Source of the DNA: an uncultured Nitrososphaerota archaeon
GTDB taxonomy: Archaea > Thermoproteota > Nitrososphaeria > Nitrososphaerales > Gagatemarchaeaceae
Direction of reading: 5' to 3'
Assembly: GCA_963718895.1 (NCBI GenBank)
Contig: CAVRAG010000008.1
Span: 352,001 to 416,000, forward strand
Length of the DNA: 64,000 bases
Position 1 is the stretch's first letter, and every line of letters starts with the position of its first letter. Under the pieces are notes generated by a model that was not told the DNA's origin, ran no database searches, and saw nothing but the letters and a program-made list of their open reading frames with translations. The position numbers and the translations under genes were made by a program. This document shows positions 9,558 to 19,215 of this stretch, one piece after another.

Positions 9558-9869
9558 GGCCCGGCCCACGATAAAAGGGCTTGGCGAGGTGGTGCGAGAC
9601 GGCATGATTCCAGGACCCTCGACAGGTTCCGGCGGCAATGGTGCGCGATCTCTAAAGTTCCAAAAAGAAGAGGTATGCGGCCTGTTCACGAAGAAACATA
9701 AAACTTAAGTTCCTCAGTCATGGAATATTCTGCTAGATTCCGGTTCCGTCCCACTGTGCCATTCTCGGCTTCCCAGGAGTCATTTTGTTAGCTAAATCAT
9801 GGTGGGATTCAAATATGTAATCATGTGAATACTGAATATTTATTTGCCAGCGGTTAGGGTAGGGTGCCC

Positions 9870-9992
9870 ATGACAACCGACGACAAGATCAGGTACGGGA
9901 TGATCGCACTTACGGGAAGTTCAGTTGTGCTGGCGGCGTTTGGTGTACACATCAACCCACTGACGGCGATTGCAGGTATCGGAGCAGGCTAG
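9870..9992 (+). CDS. 40-aa hydrophobic peptide (not in ORF track)
   Basis: MTTDDKIRYGMIALTGSSVVLAAFGVHINPLTAIAGIGAG*; TATA-like ATATTTATTT about 25-34 nt upstream; pyrimidine tract and hairpin downstream. Confidence 0.65.
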   Translation: MTTDDKIRYGMIALTGSSVVLAAFGVHINPLTAIAGIGAG

Positions 9993-10020
9993 AGACACTC
10001 TACCTCCCTAGACCACTCCC

Positions 10021-10066
10021 CCGTTCTCTTTCTGCTGATTTCAAATCCCACGGCTGCGGCCGTGGG
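10021..10066 (+). terminator. Pyrimidine tract and GC hairpin between the convergent peptide and regulator genes
   Basis: TTCTCTTTCT tract, then CCCACGGC-tgcg-GCCGTGGG (10047-10066). Confidence 0.45.
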
Positions 10067-10105
10067 CTCCTCTCGCATTTATCTCAGAGCGACCTTCGCT
10101 CTTAC

Positions 10106-11263
10106 CTAGACGTTTCTGATCGCAGTCTCGAGCGCCTTGAACTTCAGCAGCAACTCCTCGCTGTTGAACTTCCACACCTTCGAGCTTTCGTCGTAGAGAT
10201 TGTATGAGAAGGTGAAGGCCGTAGCATTCTTCTGATCCATCACGTAGTAGCTCACCTTGTCTCGTACCTGATTCATGAGCCTCTGCAGGAACAAGAGGCC
10301 GTCCAGGACCATCTCGCTGGGGAAAGCAATCTCAACGAAGTAGTCGTCGCCCGCTGCCTCTGACCAGACGATCGGCAACCGGTCCATAACCCTCAGAATC
10401 TCCATCTTCTCAGCGGGCGAGGGCCCCTTGACCAGGACGTGCATGACGACATAGCTGTGCGACCGATGTCTTGCCTTGTCCATGACAGGATCCCATCGAG
10501 ACCCCATCCAGTTGATCCTGTACCCTTTGAGCAAGCCGTTGCCCTGCACGTGTTCGCTCATGTGCCAACACAGGGTCTTGTAGTTGACATCGACGCCGTC
10601 CCGCTCCTTTATCGATTGCTGGAGCTCGCCCAGCTCTCGGGTCGCGTCGATTTGCAGCTCCTTGGCGATAAGAAGGTCAAGTCTGTCGAACTTCGACCTT
10701 GGAGAAGCCATGACGGGCGTGTATGGAACTTCCTTCTTGACCAGGGATGGAAGGTCGAACTCCCAGTGGCCCGTCTCGAAGTCGTAGGAGTCTCCGCGCA
10801 TCGGCGCGTTCCTGAACCAATCAAACGTGTAGGGCTCCACGCTCTTGAAGACCCCCTGCTCCCGCAGGGAGTCCGTAAATCGGACGTACTCTCCGACGTG
10901 AGCCGTCGGAACGCTTGCGTGAACGACGTAGACGTCTTCGGGTAGAGCCTTCGCGTAGCTCGTCACGTAGCAGAGCTCGTTCATGGCGAACATCATCGGT
11001 TTGACGTAGTCGGAGTACTCGGGTCCGAATTCCGCCTTCAAGACCACCCGCTTGAGCCCGAGCGCCTCGTGGTTGAGCATTGCCTGGACCGCGAAGTCGT
11101 TCTCTTCCAGCTTCCTGTACCAGTACCGTACGGTCTCCTTGTGCCTCCCCAGCCTTCGGGCCACCTCTGGAATCCTCGGACCGATGACCGAGATCTCCTT
11201 CACCATCGCGGCCATGTCGGCGTTCAGTTTGGCCCCAATGCTCGGTGGTTCGAGTGTCTCCAT
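10106..11263 (-). CDS. Tandem (two-module) Lrp/AsnC-like transcriptional regulator
   Basis: N-terminal HTH (IPEVARRLGRHKETVRYW) plus NHEALGLK linker; second unit FDRLDLLIAKELQIDATRELGEL...KTLCWH plus RAM-like region. Confidence 0.7.
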   Translation of the reverse strand: METLEPPSIGAKLNADMAAMVKEISVIGPRIPEVARRLGRHKETVRYWYRKLEENDFAVQAMLNHEALGLKRVVLKAEFGPEYSDYVKPMMFAMNELCYVTSYAKALPEDVYVVHASVPTAHVGEYVRFTDSLREQGVFKSVEPYTFDWFRNAPMRGDSYDFETGHWEFDLPSLVKKEVPYTPVMASPRSKFDRLDLLIAKELQIDATRELGELQQSIKERDGVDVNYKTLCWHMSEHVQGNGLLKGYRINWMGSRWDPVMDKARHRSHSYVVMHVLVKGPSPAEKMEILRVMDRLPIVWSEAAGDDYFVEIAFPSEMVLDGLLFLQRLMNQVRDKVSYYVMDQKNATAFTFSYNLYDESSKVWKFNSEELLLKFKALETAIRNV

Positions 11264-11513
11264 AGTCAGACGACCTCCGGCTCGGACAGTTGGAAGAACG
11301 CCTCAGTTAGGCCCGAAAAAGCGCCTCGGAGTATCACAGGCCGGCCCGCTACGGTACCCCGTCAGACTTTACATAAATAACTTGCGGAACCTTCTGGCAA
11401 ATTGCCGAAATGAGGTGGGTGTTCGTCTTTTGTCGACTTAGGGAGTTGTGAAGACCGGTCTTGTAAGAGCCAGGTTTTTCTCTTGGTGAGCTCAGCCCGC
11501 TGGACGGAACTAC

Positions 11514-12254
11514 TTGACCGACGAGCCCGCAGGGAGAGGGCTAGCTGGAGCGATATCGGAATACGCGTCCCGCGGCCTCCGTCCGTTCGTCCTCCTCTTC
11601 TTGATCTCGATCGGGATCTGCATCATCGTGGTCAGCCTCCCGTTCCTTCCGGGGGAGCGGGCAATCTACGTCAGCCAGAGCAACCAGATCTCCAGTGAGT
11701 TCGCCGGAGCGAGCCTGTTCACGCAGTTCTGGGGGATCTTCACCAACAACCTAAGAATCGCTCTCATCGAGATGATTCCGGGTCCGGGCACGGCTCTCTT
11801 CGTCCTCTCCTTCTACACCACGGCTAGGATCATAGAGGTAGAGGCGCTGACGCAGGGAGTCCCGCCGGTGCTGCTCTTCCTCTTCCTGTTTCTCTTCCCT
11901 CACAGCTACATCGAGCTCCCGGCCTACGCAGTCGCCACGGGCGCGGGCCTCTACTTCGCCTACGCGGTCGCTCGCTGGCTGTTCGCCACCAGGTCGAGCC
12001 CGGTGAACTTCAGGGTTGAGGGCGGGCAGCTGCTGATCAACCTCATTGTAGTCACCGTGATGCTGGCGGTGGCCGCCCTCTTTGAGGCGGTCCAGCTCCA
12101 GCTCAGCGCGGCCCTCTTCTGGACTACGTGGATACCGTTTGCAGGGCTCGTTGCTCTGGCGTTGATGCTGAACAGGCGGCTCAAGAGGATGAGGAAAGAA
12201 AAACGGTCGGAGCTACCTTCCGAAATAAAAATGGAAGATAGCTCGCATCTCTGA
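11514..12254 (+). CDS. SpoIIM-family (DUF95) membrane protein
   Basis: IFTNNL, PHSYIELPAY and AALFE motifs. Confidence 0.8.
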   Translation: MTDEPAGRGLAGAISEYASRGLRPFVLLFLISIGICIIVVSLPFLPGERAIYVSQSNQISSEFAGASLFTQFWGIFTNNLRIALIEMIPGPGTALFVLSFYTTARIIEVEALTQGVPPVLLFLFLFLFPHSYIELPAYAVATGAGLYFAYAVARWLFATRSSPVNFRVEGGQLLINLIVVTVMLAVAALFEAVQLQLSAALFWTTWIPFAGLVALALMLNRRLKRMRKEKRSELPSEIKMEDSSHL

Positions 12255-12268
12255 TTAGTGAGATGGGC

Positions 12269-12475
12269 CTACGAGTTGGAGAGGTAGCTCCAGAGCGTGA
12301 CCCCGACCAGCATCACCACTGACCCCGCAAGCCCGGTTATCAGGGCGCCCGCCACGTCGCCACTTACACCGAGGTGTGTGATCGCGTTGATTACCGGTGC
12401 TCTCACGAGCCAGGCAAAGAAGCCCAGGGCATACCCCAGCAGCCAGAACCCTACCATTACAGCTTTTCGTCCCAT
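12269..12475 (-). CDS. Small 2-TM membrane protein
   Basis: 68 aa with two hydrophobic helices. Confidence 0.6.
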   Translation of the reverse strand: MGRKAVMVGFWLLGYALGFFAWLVRAPVINAITHLGVSGDVAGALITGLAGSVVMLVGVTLWSYLSNS

Positions 12476-12567
12476 TGTGGATTACCGAAGCATGATACGG
12501 CTCAGAACTTGTAAATGCGGTTAGAGTGGAAACTTTTTACAGACAAGTCGAATTTCTTAGACGCACT

Positions 12568-12735
12568 CTAGATGAACGCGTGGAAGGCGGTCAGGAGGTA
12601 GGCGGTGGCGCCGCTCGCCACGACTCCGAGCGCGAACGAGACAGCCGTAGCGGTGAGCATGGACTCCTTCTTCCATTCGTCGCTGATGCAGGCCCTCAGC
12701 AGCACGCCGAAGGACCCCATCGGGTCGTTTTCCAT
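12568..12735 (-). CDS. 55-aa small membrane protein (not in ORF track)
   Basis: MENDPMGSFGVLLRACISDEWKKESMLTATAVSFALGVVASGATAYLLTAFHAFI*; host-like codons; AT-rich box upstream. Confidence 0.5.
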   Translation of the reverse strand: MENDPMGSFGVLLRACISDEWKKESMLTATAVSFALGVVASGATAYLLTAFHAFI

Positions 12736-12847
12736 TGGTCCTCGCTCCCTGTGCCCCTAATTAATGGTTTTGAAAACCCCGTTTTCGGGTACTTGCGACG
12801 GCCGAAGCAGATAAAACCACCGCGAAGGCCCGGACAAGGGATAACCG

Positions 12848-13558
12848 ATGAAGGCTTCTGCGACAGTGAAGACCGTCGAGCTGGGAGAATACAGGGTGAA
12901 CTACGCCTCCGCGGGGACGGGGCCGACTATGATCATGCTACATGGTTCGGACAAGAGGGAGGACTGGAAGGTCTGGGAGCCGCTGATGACCCTGTCCAAG
13001 GACCACTCACTCGTGATGCCCGATATGGTGGGGTTCGGCAGGTCGACGGTACCCGTCGAGACACCCGACTACAAGGTTCAGGCTCGGGTGCTGCACGAGA
13101 TGATGGACAGGCTTGGGATCCAGAGGGCCATCCTGGTTGGGACCTCTTGGGGCGGTCAGGTGGCGCTCGAACTGGCCATGGGCTGGCCTCAGAGCGTCGA
13201 GAGCCTCATCCTGATCTCGAGCACCTACGACAAGCCGCAGCTGTCGAGGCTCAAGGCCATGAAGAGGCCGACTCTGATCATCTGGGCGGAGGACAACCTC
13301 GTCGCCCAGGTCAAGGCCGCCTATCTGCTTCGGGACTCGATCGGGACATCCAGGCTGGAAGTGCTGGGGGCCGTGGCGAAGAACCCGAACTTCGACTTTA
13401 CGATCGCTCACAAGCTTGAGAGATACAAGCCCGACGTGATCATCTCCCTCATACGAGATTTCCTCTCATCCCCCTCGGAGAAGATAGCAGAGCCGCCCGA
13501 ACTTGAGCCCGAGCTGAGAGGGCTCGCGACGAAGGAAGAGAAGGAGAAGGAGAGCTAG
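12848..13558 (+). CDS. Alpha/beta-fold hydrolase
   Basis: LHG, DMVGFGRS and GTSWGG nucleophile elbow. Confidence 0.85.
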   Translation: MKASATVKTVELGEYRVNYASAGTGPTMIMLHGSDKREDWKVWEPLMTLSKDHSLVMPDMVGFGRSTVPVETPDYKVQARVLHEMMDRLGIQRAILVGTSWGGQVALELAMGWPQSVESLILISSTYDKPQLSRLKAMKRPTLIIWAEDNLVAQVKAAYLLRDSIGTSRLEVLGAVAKNPNFDFTIAHKLERYKPDVIISLIRDFLSSPSEKIAEPPELEPELRGLATKEEKEKES

Positions 13559-13563
13559 GCCGC

Positions 13564-14173
13564 TTACCGCGAGGCCATCGCTATTCTTTCTTGCTCGTTC
13601 TTCTTCTTTACTGCATGGCTGTTGGAGTCTCCCGACGGCGGCGAGTATGAGCTCGTCCGCCAGGACCTCCTCCACCGACTTCATGTTCCCGAATGCGGCC
13701 TCCCTGACGCCCTCTGAGATGAACCTGAGAGCGATGTCCATCCTCCGCGTCGGCGATATGTCGACCGAGATGTGATAGACGACTCCGCCGTAGCTCATCC
13801 TCGTCGTGTCCTCGTTGGGGGCCGATTTCTCGATCGCCTTCACTAGGATCTGGACTGGGTTCTGGCCCGTCTTCAGGTGTATTATCTCGAATGAAGTCTT
13901 GACGATGTTGAGCGCCTTCTGCTTCTTGCCGCCCATCCTCCCGGTGTTCTTGGCGTTCTTCTTGCCGAAGTGCATCATCTGGTTGACAAGGCGCTCGACG
14001 ACGTTGACCTTGGCCTTTGAGAACTTCTGGTGCTCGTGCCTGCCGCCGGAGTGAGGGATCATCGTGGGCCTGACGTCGATCACGCCGATGAGGCCTATGT
14101 CCTCGACCTTGACCTGGGTGAAGTCCCACTTGCCCCAGAGGAGCAGGTTGGGGTACTCGAGTTTCTGGCTCAT
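13564..14173 (-). CDS. rps7: 30S ribosomal protein S7 (apparent frameshift near 13630)
   Basis: Archaeal uS7 motifs; C-terminus KKKNEQERIAMASR* is in the shifted frame. Confidence 0.95.
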
Positions 14174-14179
14174 CGAAGT

Positions 14180-14608
14180 TTATCTCCTGGGCTTCTCCTT
14201 CCTTCCGTAGACGAGCTCGTTGAGCGATACGCCGTTGACCATTGAGACCTGCCATCGGACTCCGGGGATGTCCCCCATGGCCCTCTTCATCGAGCCGCCG
14301 ATTCCTTCGAGGAGGACCTCGTCGTGCTCGTCGACGAAGTTGAGCGCGCCGTCGCCGGGCAGAAAAGCAGTTACCTGCTTGCCGTTCTTGACTATCTGGA
14401 CCCTGACGCACTTGCGTATCGCGGAGTTCGGCTGCTTGGACTCGATCCCGACCTTCTCGAGGACGATGGCCCGAGCCTGCGGGGCCCCCTCCAGCGGGTC
14501 GGCCTTGACGTCGAGCCTGAGTACCTTCCTCTTGTAGTACTTGTCGCTCCAGCGGAGCCTCTGCCTGTGAAGCTCCATCTGACGAGCGGAAAACTCACCA
14601 CCGGGCAT
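14180..14608 (-). CDS. rps12: 30S ribosomal protein S12
   Basis: [14 protein letters not shown] and GDIPGVR motifs. Confidence 0.98.
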   Translation of the reverse strand: MPGGEFSARQMELHRQRLRWSDKYYKRKVLRLDVKADPLEGAPQARAIVLEKVGIESKQPNSAIRKCVRVQIVKNGKQVTAFLPGDGALNFVDEHDEVLLEGIGGSMKRAMGDIPGVRWQVSMVNGVSLNELVYGRKEKPRR

Positions 14609-14658
14609 GTAGGTTCAACCCGTGCTCTCCATTGTCTATAAAAGCGTTGACAAGCGCT

Positions 14659-15102
14659 TCACTGAGAAGTGATGATCTGGAGGTTCCCGATGTCGAAGTA
14701 CTTCTTCGCGATGAGCCGGGCCTTCTCGGCGTTCCTTCCGCCCCTCCCGAGGACCGCGCCCTTCTTCCTCGGGTCGACGACGACCGAGGCGCCCTTGGTC
14801 CCGTCGAGCCTGTCCGAGATCCTCACCTCGGAGACGAACCTCGGGTCGAGCGCGTTGCTGATCATCTCGGCCGGATCGTCCGACCACTCCACGACCTCGA
14901 CTGGCTTCTTGACAACCCGCTCGATGTTCTCGATGGTAGCCCCCTTCTTTCCTATCGCCAGGCCCATCTGACCCTTGCTGATGATGAAGATCAGTCTGCC
15001 GCCCTTGTCGTCGACTATGCAGTCCCTGACGGTGGCACCGCTCATGTTCTGGAAGATCGATATGAGGCCGAGCTGATCCGAGGAGAGCTTGATGTTTGGC
15101 AA
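14659..15102 (-). CDS. nusA: Archaeal NusA
   Basis: Two KH motifs (AIGKKG, LGRGGRN); conserved operon position. Confidence 0.95.
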   Translation of the reverse strand: MPNIKLSSDQLGLISIFQNMSGATVRDCIVDDKGGRLIFIISKGQMGLAIGKKGATIENIERVVKKPVEVVEWSDDPAEMISNALDPRFVSEVRISDRLDGTKGASVVVDPRKKGAVLGRGGRNAEKARLIAKKYFDIGNLQIITSQ

Positions 15103-15109
15103 TTTTCCA

Positions 15110-15412
15110 CTAGGCCTGGAGCGACCTGAGGTCTGACTCCGTTATCTGACGCAGCGCGACCGCGGAGACCTTGTACGGCCTTCCCAGAAGCTTGCCCAGC
15201 TGGGCCGAGTTCTTGTCGAGGATTACCACCGGGACCTTGTTCTTCTCGGCCTCGAGCTTCAGCTGCGTCCCGGCCGGCCCCGCGATCGACGACGCCGCTA
15301 TGACTATCTTCGAGCTCTTGACCTCCGAGATTACCTCGCGGGTGCCGAGCGTGTACTTTCCGCCCTTCATGGCCTCCTTCAGAACGCGTCCGAGAACTTG
15401 TTGGTCCACCAT
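15110..15412 (-). CDS. rpl30e: 50S ribosomal protein L30e
   Basis: GKYTLG...LGKLLGRPYKVS; conserved operon position. Confidence 0.92.
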   Translation of the reverse strand: MVDQQVLGRVLKEAMKGGKYTLGTREVISEVKSSKIVIAASSIAGPAGTQLKLEAEKNKVPVVILDKNSAQLGKLLGRPYKVSAVALRQITESDLRSLQA

Positions 15413-15416
15413 TGTA

Positions 15417-18400
15417 TCAGCCCATGTAGAGGTCTACGATCCCAGTCCCAACGGGTATCGGGAGGCCTACAATAACGTTCTCGGTCACGCCCTTGAGCTC
15501 CTCAGACTCGCCCCGAATGGCCGCCTCGGCGAGGGTGGGGACCGTGATCTCGAAAGCCGCCCTTGCCAGCACCGAGGTCTTTGTCCCTGCGATTCCGTGC
15601 CTTCCAATCTGCTGCAGGTAGCCCTTCGAGGTCATCAGGTCGGCGACTATGAAGATGTGTCTCACGTCGACCTCGAGGCCCTGCTCGTCCAGGGTGCCCA
15701 TGACCTCCCGGATGAGGGTGGCACGGGCGGCCTCGATGCCGAGGACCTGGGCGACCTCGTGGATGTTGTTGGTGTATATTCTGCTCGTGTCGACGCCCGG
15801 GATCTGGATGACCTTCGCCAGGTTAGAGCCGGCCGTCTGGATGACCCACTCCTCGTTGTCCTGTACGACCGTGACCCTGCTTATGCCTGGGATGCCCTTG
15901 AGCTTCATGTTGAGGAGCTTGTTGCGGAGGGTGAAGAGGGTGGAGAGGTCCGCGTTCTCGAGATTGACCCGTATGACCTTGCCGTTCTTGTCGAACTGGA
16001 CGTTCCTCTTGCCTGTCTCAAGCACCTCGGCGACGTCGTCGACCTTGACGTTGCGGTCGGCCATCATCTGCTCGTTGACGTGCAGCTTGATCCCTTCAGT
16101 CGGGTCGACCTCGCTGTACTCCACGCACTGACCCGACCTTCGTGAAGAGCAGGTCGTTGGCGACCTTCAGCGCCTTTTCTCGTGAGTGCTTGTACTCCTC
16201 CGTGAGATAGACGTCCATTGACGGCTTGGCCGGGATCTTCCTGGCGTCCACGAGTTCCATCAGCCTTGGAAGGCCGAGGGTGACGTCGCGCTCCTTGACG
16301 CCTGCGAAGTGGAAGGTCCTGAGTGTCATCTGGGTGCCCGGCTCGCCTATGGACTGGGCCGCGACGATCCCGGAGGCCTCTCCGGGCTCGACCGTAGCGT
16401 AGTCGATGGACTCCATGACCTTGTCGAGCACGTTCCTCGCGCCCTCCTCGGTGAGGTGGCTCTCCGAGAGCCTCTGCTGGAGCTCCTCGAAGAGGCGCTT
16501 GTTGAGCTTGTTCTGGTACTTCTTGAGGAGAGCCTCTGCCTCCTTCTCCCCGAACTTCCCGCGCGAGGCGTTCATGAGCCCTTCGGCGCTGATCACCCTG
16601 TCGAGGTTCACCGGGCGACCGTGGTCGCTCTTGGCCGGGTCTATGCCGTCCTCGCCGTAGAGGAACTGGATGATGTTTCCTCCCGGGTCTCTGACGGTGA
16701 GGTCGTACTCTACGCGGAGGTGCTCCATGGCGTTGACGAGGCGCCTCTGCATGTAGCCTGACTGCTGGGTCCTGACCGCCGTGTCGACCAGTCCCTCCCT
16801 GCCTCCCATGGCGTGGAAGAAGAACTCCGTCGGCGTGAGCCCGTCCCTGTAGTTCCTCTTGACGAACCCCTTCGCCTCGGGCGAGAGGTCGTAGGGGAGG
16901 AAGTGGCTGAGGGAGCGCCCGCGGAGGCCCTTCTCGATCCTCTTGCCTCTGACCGACTGCTGTCCGAGGGCCGCGGTCATCTGCCCGAGGTTGAGGCTGA
17001 AGAGCCCCTTGCGCCGGTCCTAGCCATGATCACTCCCGAGTTCTCGGTCGAGAACGACTTGTCGGCGATCCTGCCCGCCCTGTCCCTGGACTTGGAGAGC
17101 TCGTTCACTATGTAGAACTCGAGCGAGCCCTCGGGTGAGAGACCCCTGGTGAGAGGGAGGGTGCCCGCCTTGTACTTCTTGATGAGCTCGGTCACGTTGT
17201 CGTAGGCCTCCTGGAGCGTGTCGGCAATCTTCTGGACCGCTTCAGGGGAGAGCCTCAGCTCGTTGAATCCGTAGGTGAATCCTCTCCTGGTGATGTAGGT
17301 CTTGAGGACGGCGAGGATGGAGTTGAGGAAGCGCCTCGCCTGGTCGTTGCCGTAGTCCTTGGCGATGCGGTGAAGGAGGCTGTCGGGCTCCTCTGCCCCT
17401 ATGGCCGCCTTGTCGATGACTCCCGAGATGAGCTCGCCGTCCTTTATGACGACATCGTTCGCCTCTCCGGTCTTCGCCTTGCCCCACTTGGAGGTGAGGA
17501 CGAAGTTGAGGTCCTTCGGCAGGAAGAGCGAGAAGAGCTGCTTGCCCGTGTACATCGGGTTGGCACCCTTGACCTTGGGCTCTGGGAGGTCGCCCTGGAA
17601 GTCGCCTGCGAGGGCGAGGTTCGTGAACTGCTCCGGTGTCAGGAACGTCTCGTCCCTAGTGAGCAGATAGGCTCCCGTGAGGAAGTCCCTGATCGCGCCG
17701 ATGATCGGGCCGCCGTACCTCGGCGAGAGGATCTGGTCCTGGACGCGCATGAGCATGAGTGCCTCGGAGCGAGACTCCTCGCTCTGGGGGACGTGCAGGT
17801 TCATCTCGTCGCCATCGAAGTCCGCGTTGTAGGGAGGGCAGACCGACGGATGGAGCCTGAAGGTCCTGAACGGGAGGACTTTGACCTGATGAGCCATGAC
17901 CGACATTCGGTGAAGTGACGGCTGCCTGTTGAAGAGGACGATGTCCCCGTCCATCAGGTGCCTCTCGACGATGAACCCAGGAGCTATCGAGTCCGCGAGC
18001 GCCTTCTTGTCGCTCGCAAAGTCGAGTCTGATCTTGACGCCGTCGGGTCGGATCACGTAGTTCGCTCCGGGGTGCTCGAAGGGGCCCTTGGTGACGAGCG
18101 CCTTGAGTGACTCGATGTTCCACTGCGGAGACCTTCTCTGGTATCGTGAGCTTCTTCGCCACCTCGAACGGGATTCCGACCTCGCTGATGTCGAGGCTGG
18201 GGTCCGGACTGATCACCGTGCGGCTGGAGAAGTCGACCCTCTTGCCCGACAGCGAACCCCTGAACCGCCCCTCCTTGCCCTTCAGCCTCTGGCTGAGCGT
18301 CTTGAGCGGCCTCCCAGACCTGTGGTGCGCCTGAGGTATGCCGGAGACCTCGTTGTCGAAGTAGGTCGTGACGTGATAGTGAAGCAGGTCCACGAGGTCC

Positions 18401-19203
18401 TGGACGATCAGGTGGGGAGTGCCAGATTCCTTCGCCTCCCGGACCCTCTGGTTGACCCTGAGGATGTCGACGATCTTGTGGGTGAGGTCGTCCTCGGACC
18501 TGATGCCGGATTCCAGCGTGATCGAGGGCCTGACCGTGAGCGGTGGTACGGGTAGGACCTGCAGGACGAACCACTCCGGGCGGGCGACCTTCGGGTTGTA
18601 GGCGACGAGCTCGAGGTCCTCGTTCGTGATCCTCTCAAGCCTCTCGCGGACCGCGCCGGGGAGGAGCCTCGTGGCGCCCCCTTCCTCCGTGATCTCGTGG
18701 AAGATCGTCGGCTTGGTGAGCTCGATCTGGTACTGCTGCTTGCCGCAGTGAGGGCAGAGCTTGACCTTCTTCGCCTTCGTGAGAATCTCCTTTGCGATCT
18801 CCTCGGTGAGCGTCGGGGTGAACTCGGTCACGTTCTTGATCCTCGCGCCGTAGGCCTCGAGTTCTGGGGTGGGGAGCAGGAGTCTGCCGCAGGTCCTGCA
18901 GGTGGCCTGGATGAGCTTGTTAATGTCGCTGACGAACGCCATGTGTAGGACGGGCTCCGCTAGCTCGATGTGCCCAAAGTGGCCAGGGCAGCGTGATGCG
19001 GTGTTCCCGCAGGTGGAGCACTTCTGTCCTGGCTCGAGGGTGCCCAGGCGACCGTCCATCAGGCCGCCCTGGACGGGCATGCCGTCTTCGTCGTAGGTCT
19101 CCGGCTGGGTGATCTCTGCGACCGAATACTTCCTGATCTCGGTGGGAGACAGGAGGGCGAAGTCTATCTTGCGGATCGTTCTGAGCGCTTCTTCCATTGC
19201 CAT
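15417..19203 (-). CDS. rpoA: RNA polymerase subunit A (fused A'/A''), apparent frameshifts near 18125, 17005 and 16125
   Basis: [22 protein letters not shown] and LARAAFE motifs; A' end and A'' start share one ORF (16096-16980). Confidence 0.95.
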
Positions 19204-19215
19204 CTTATTTCACCA

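Noticed and set aside
11514-12254. Sporulation function from the SpoIIM similarity
   Set aside because: The family is widespread in non-sporulating archaea, and no other sporulation genes are present.
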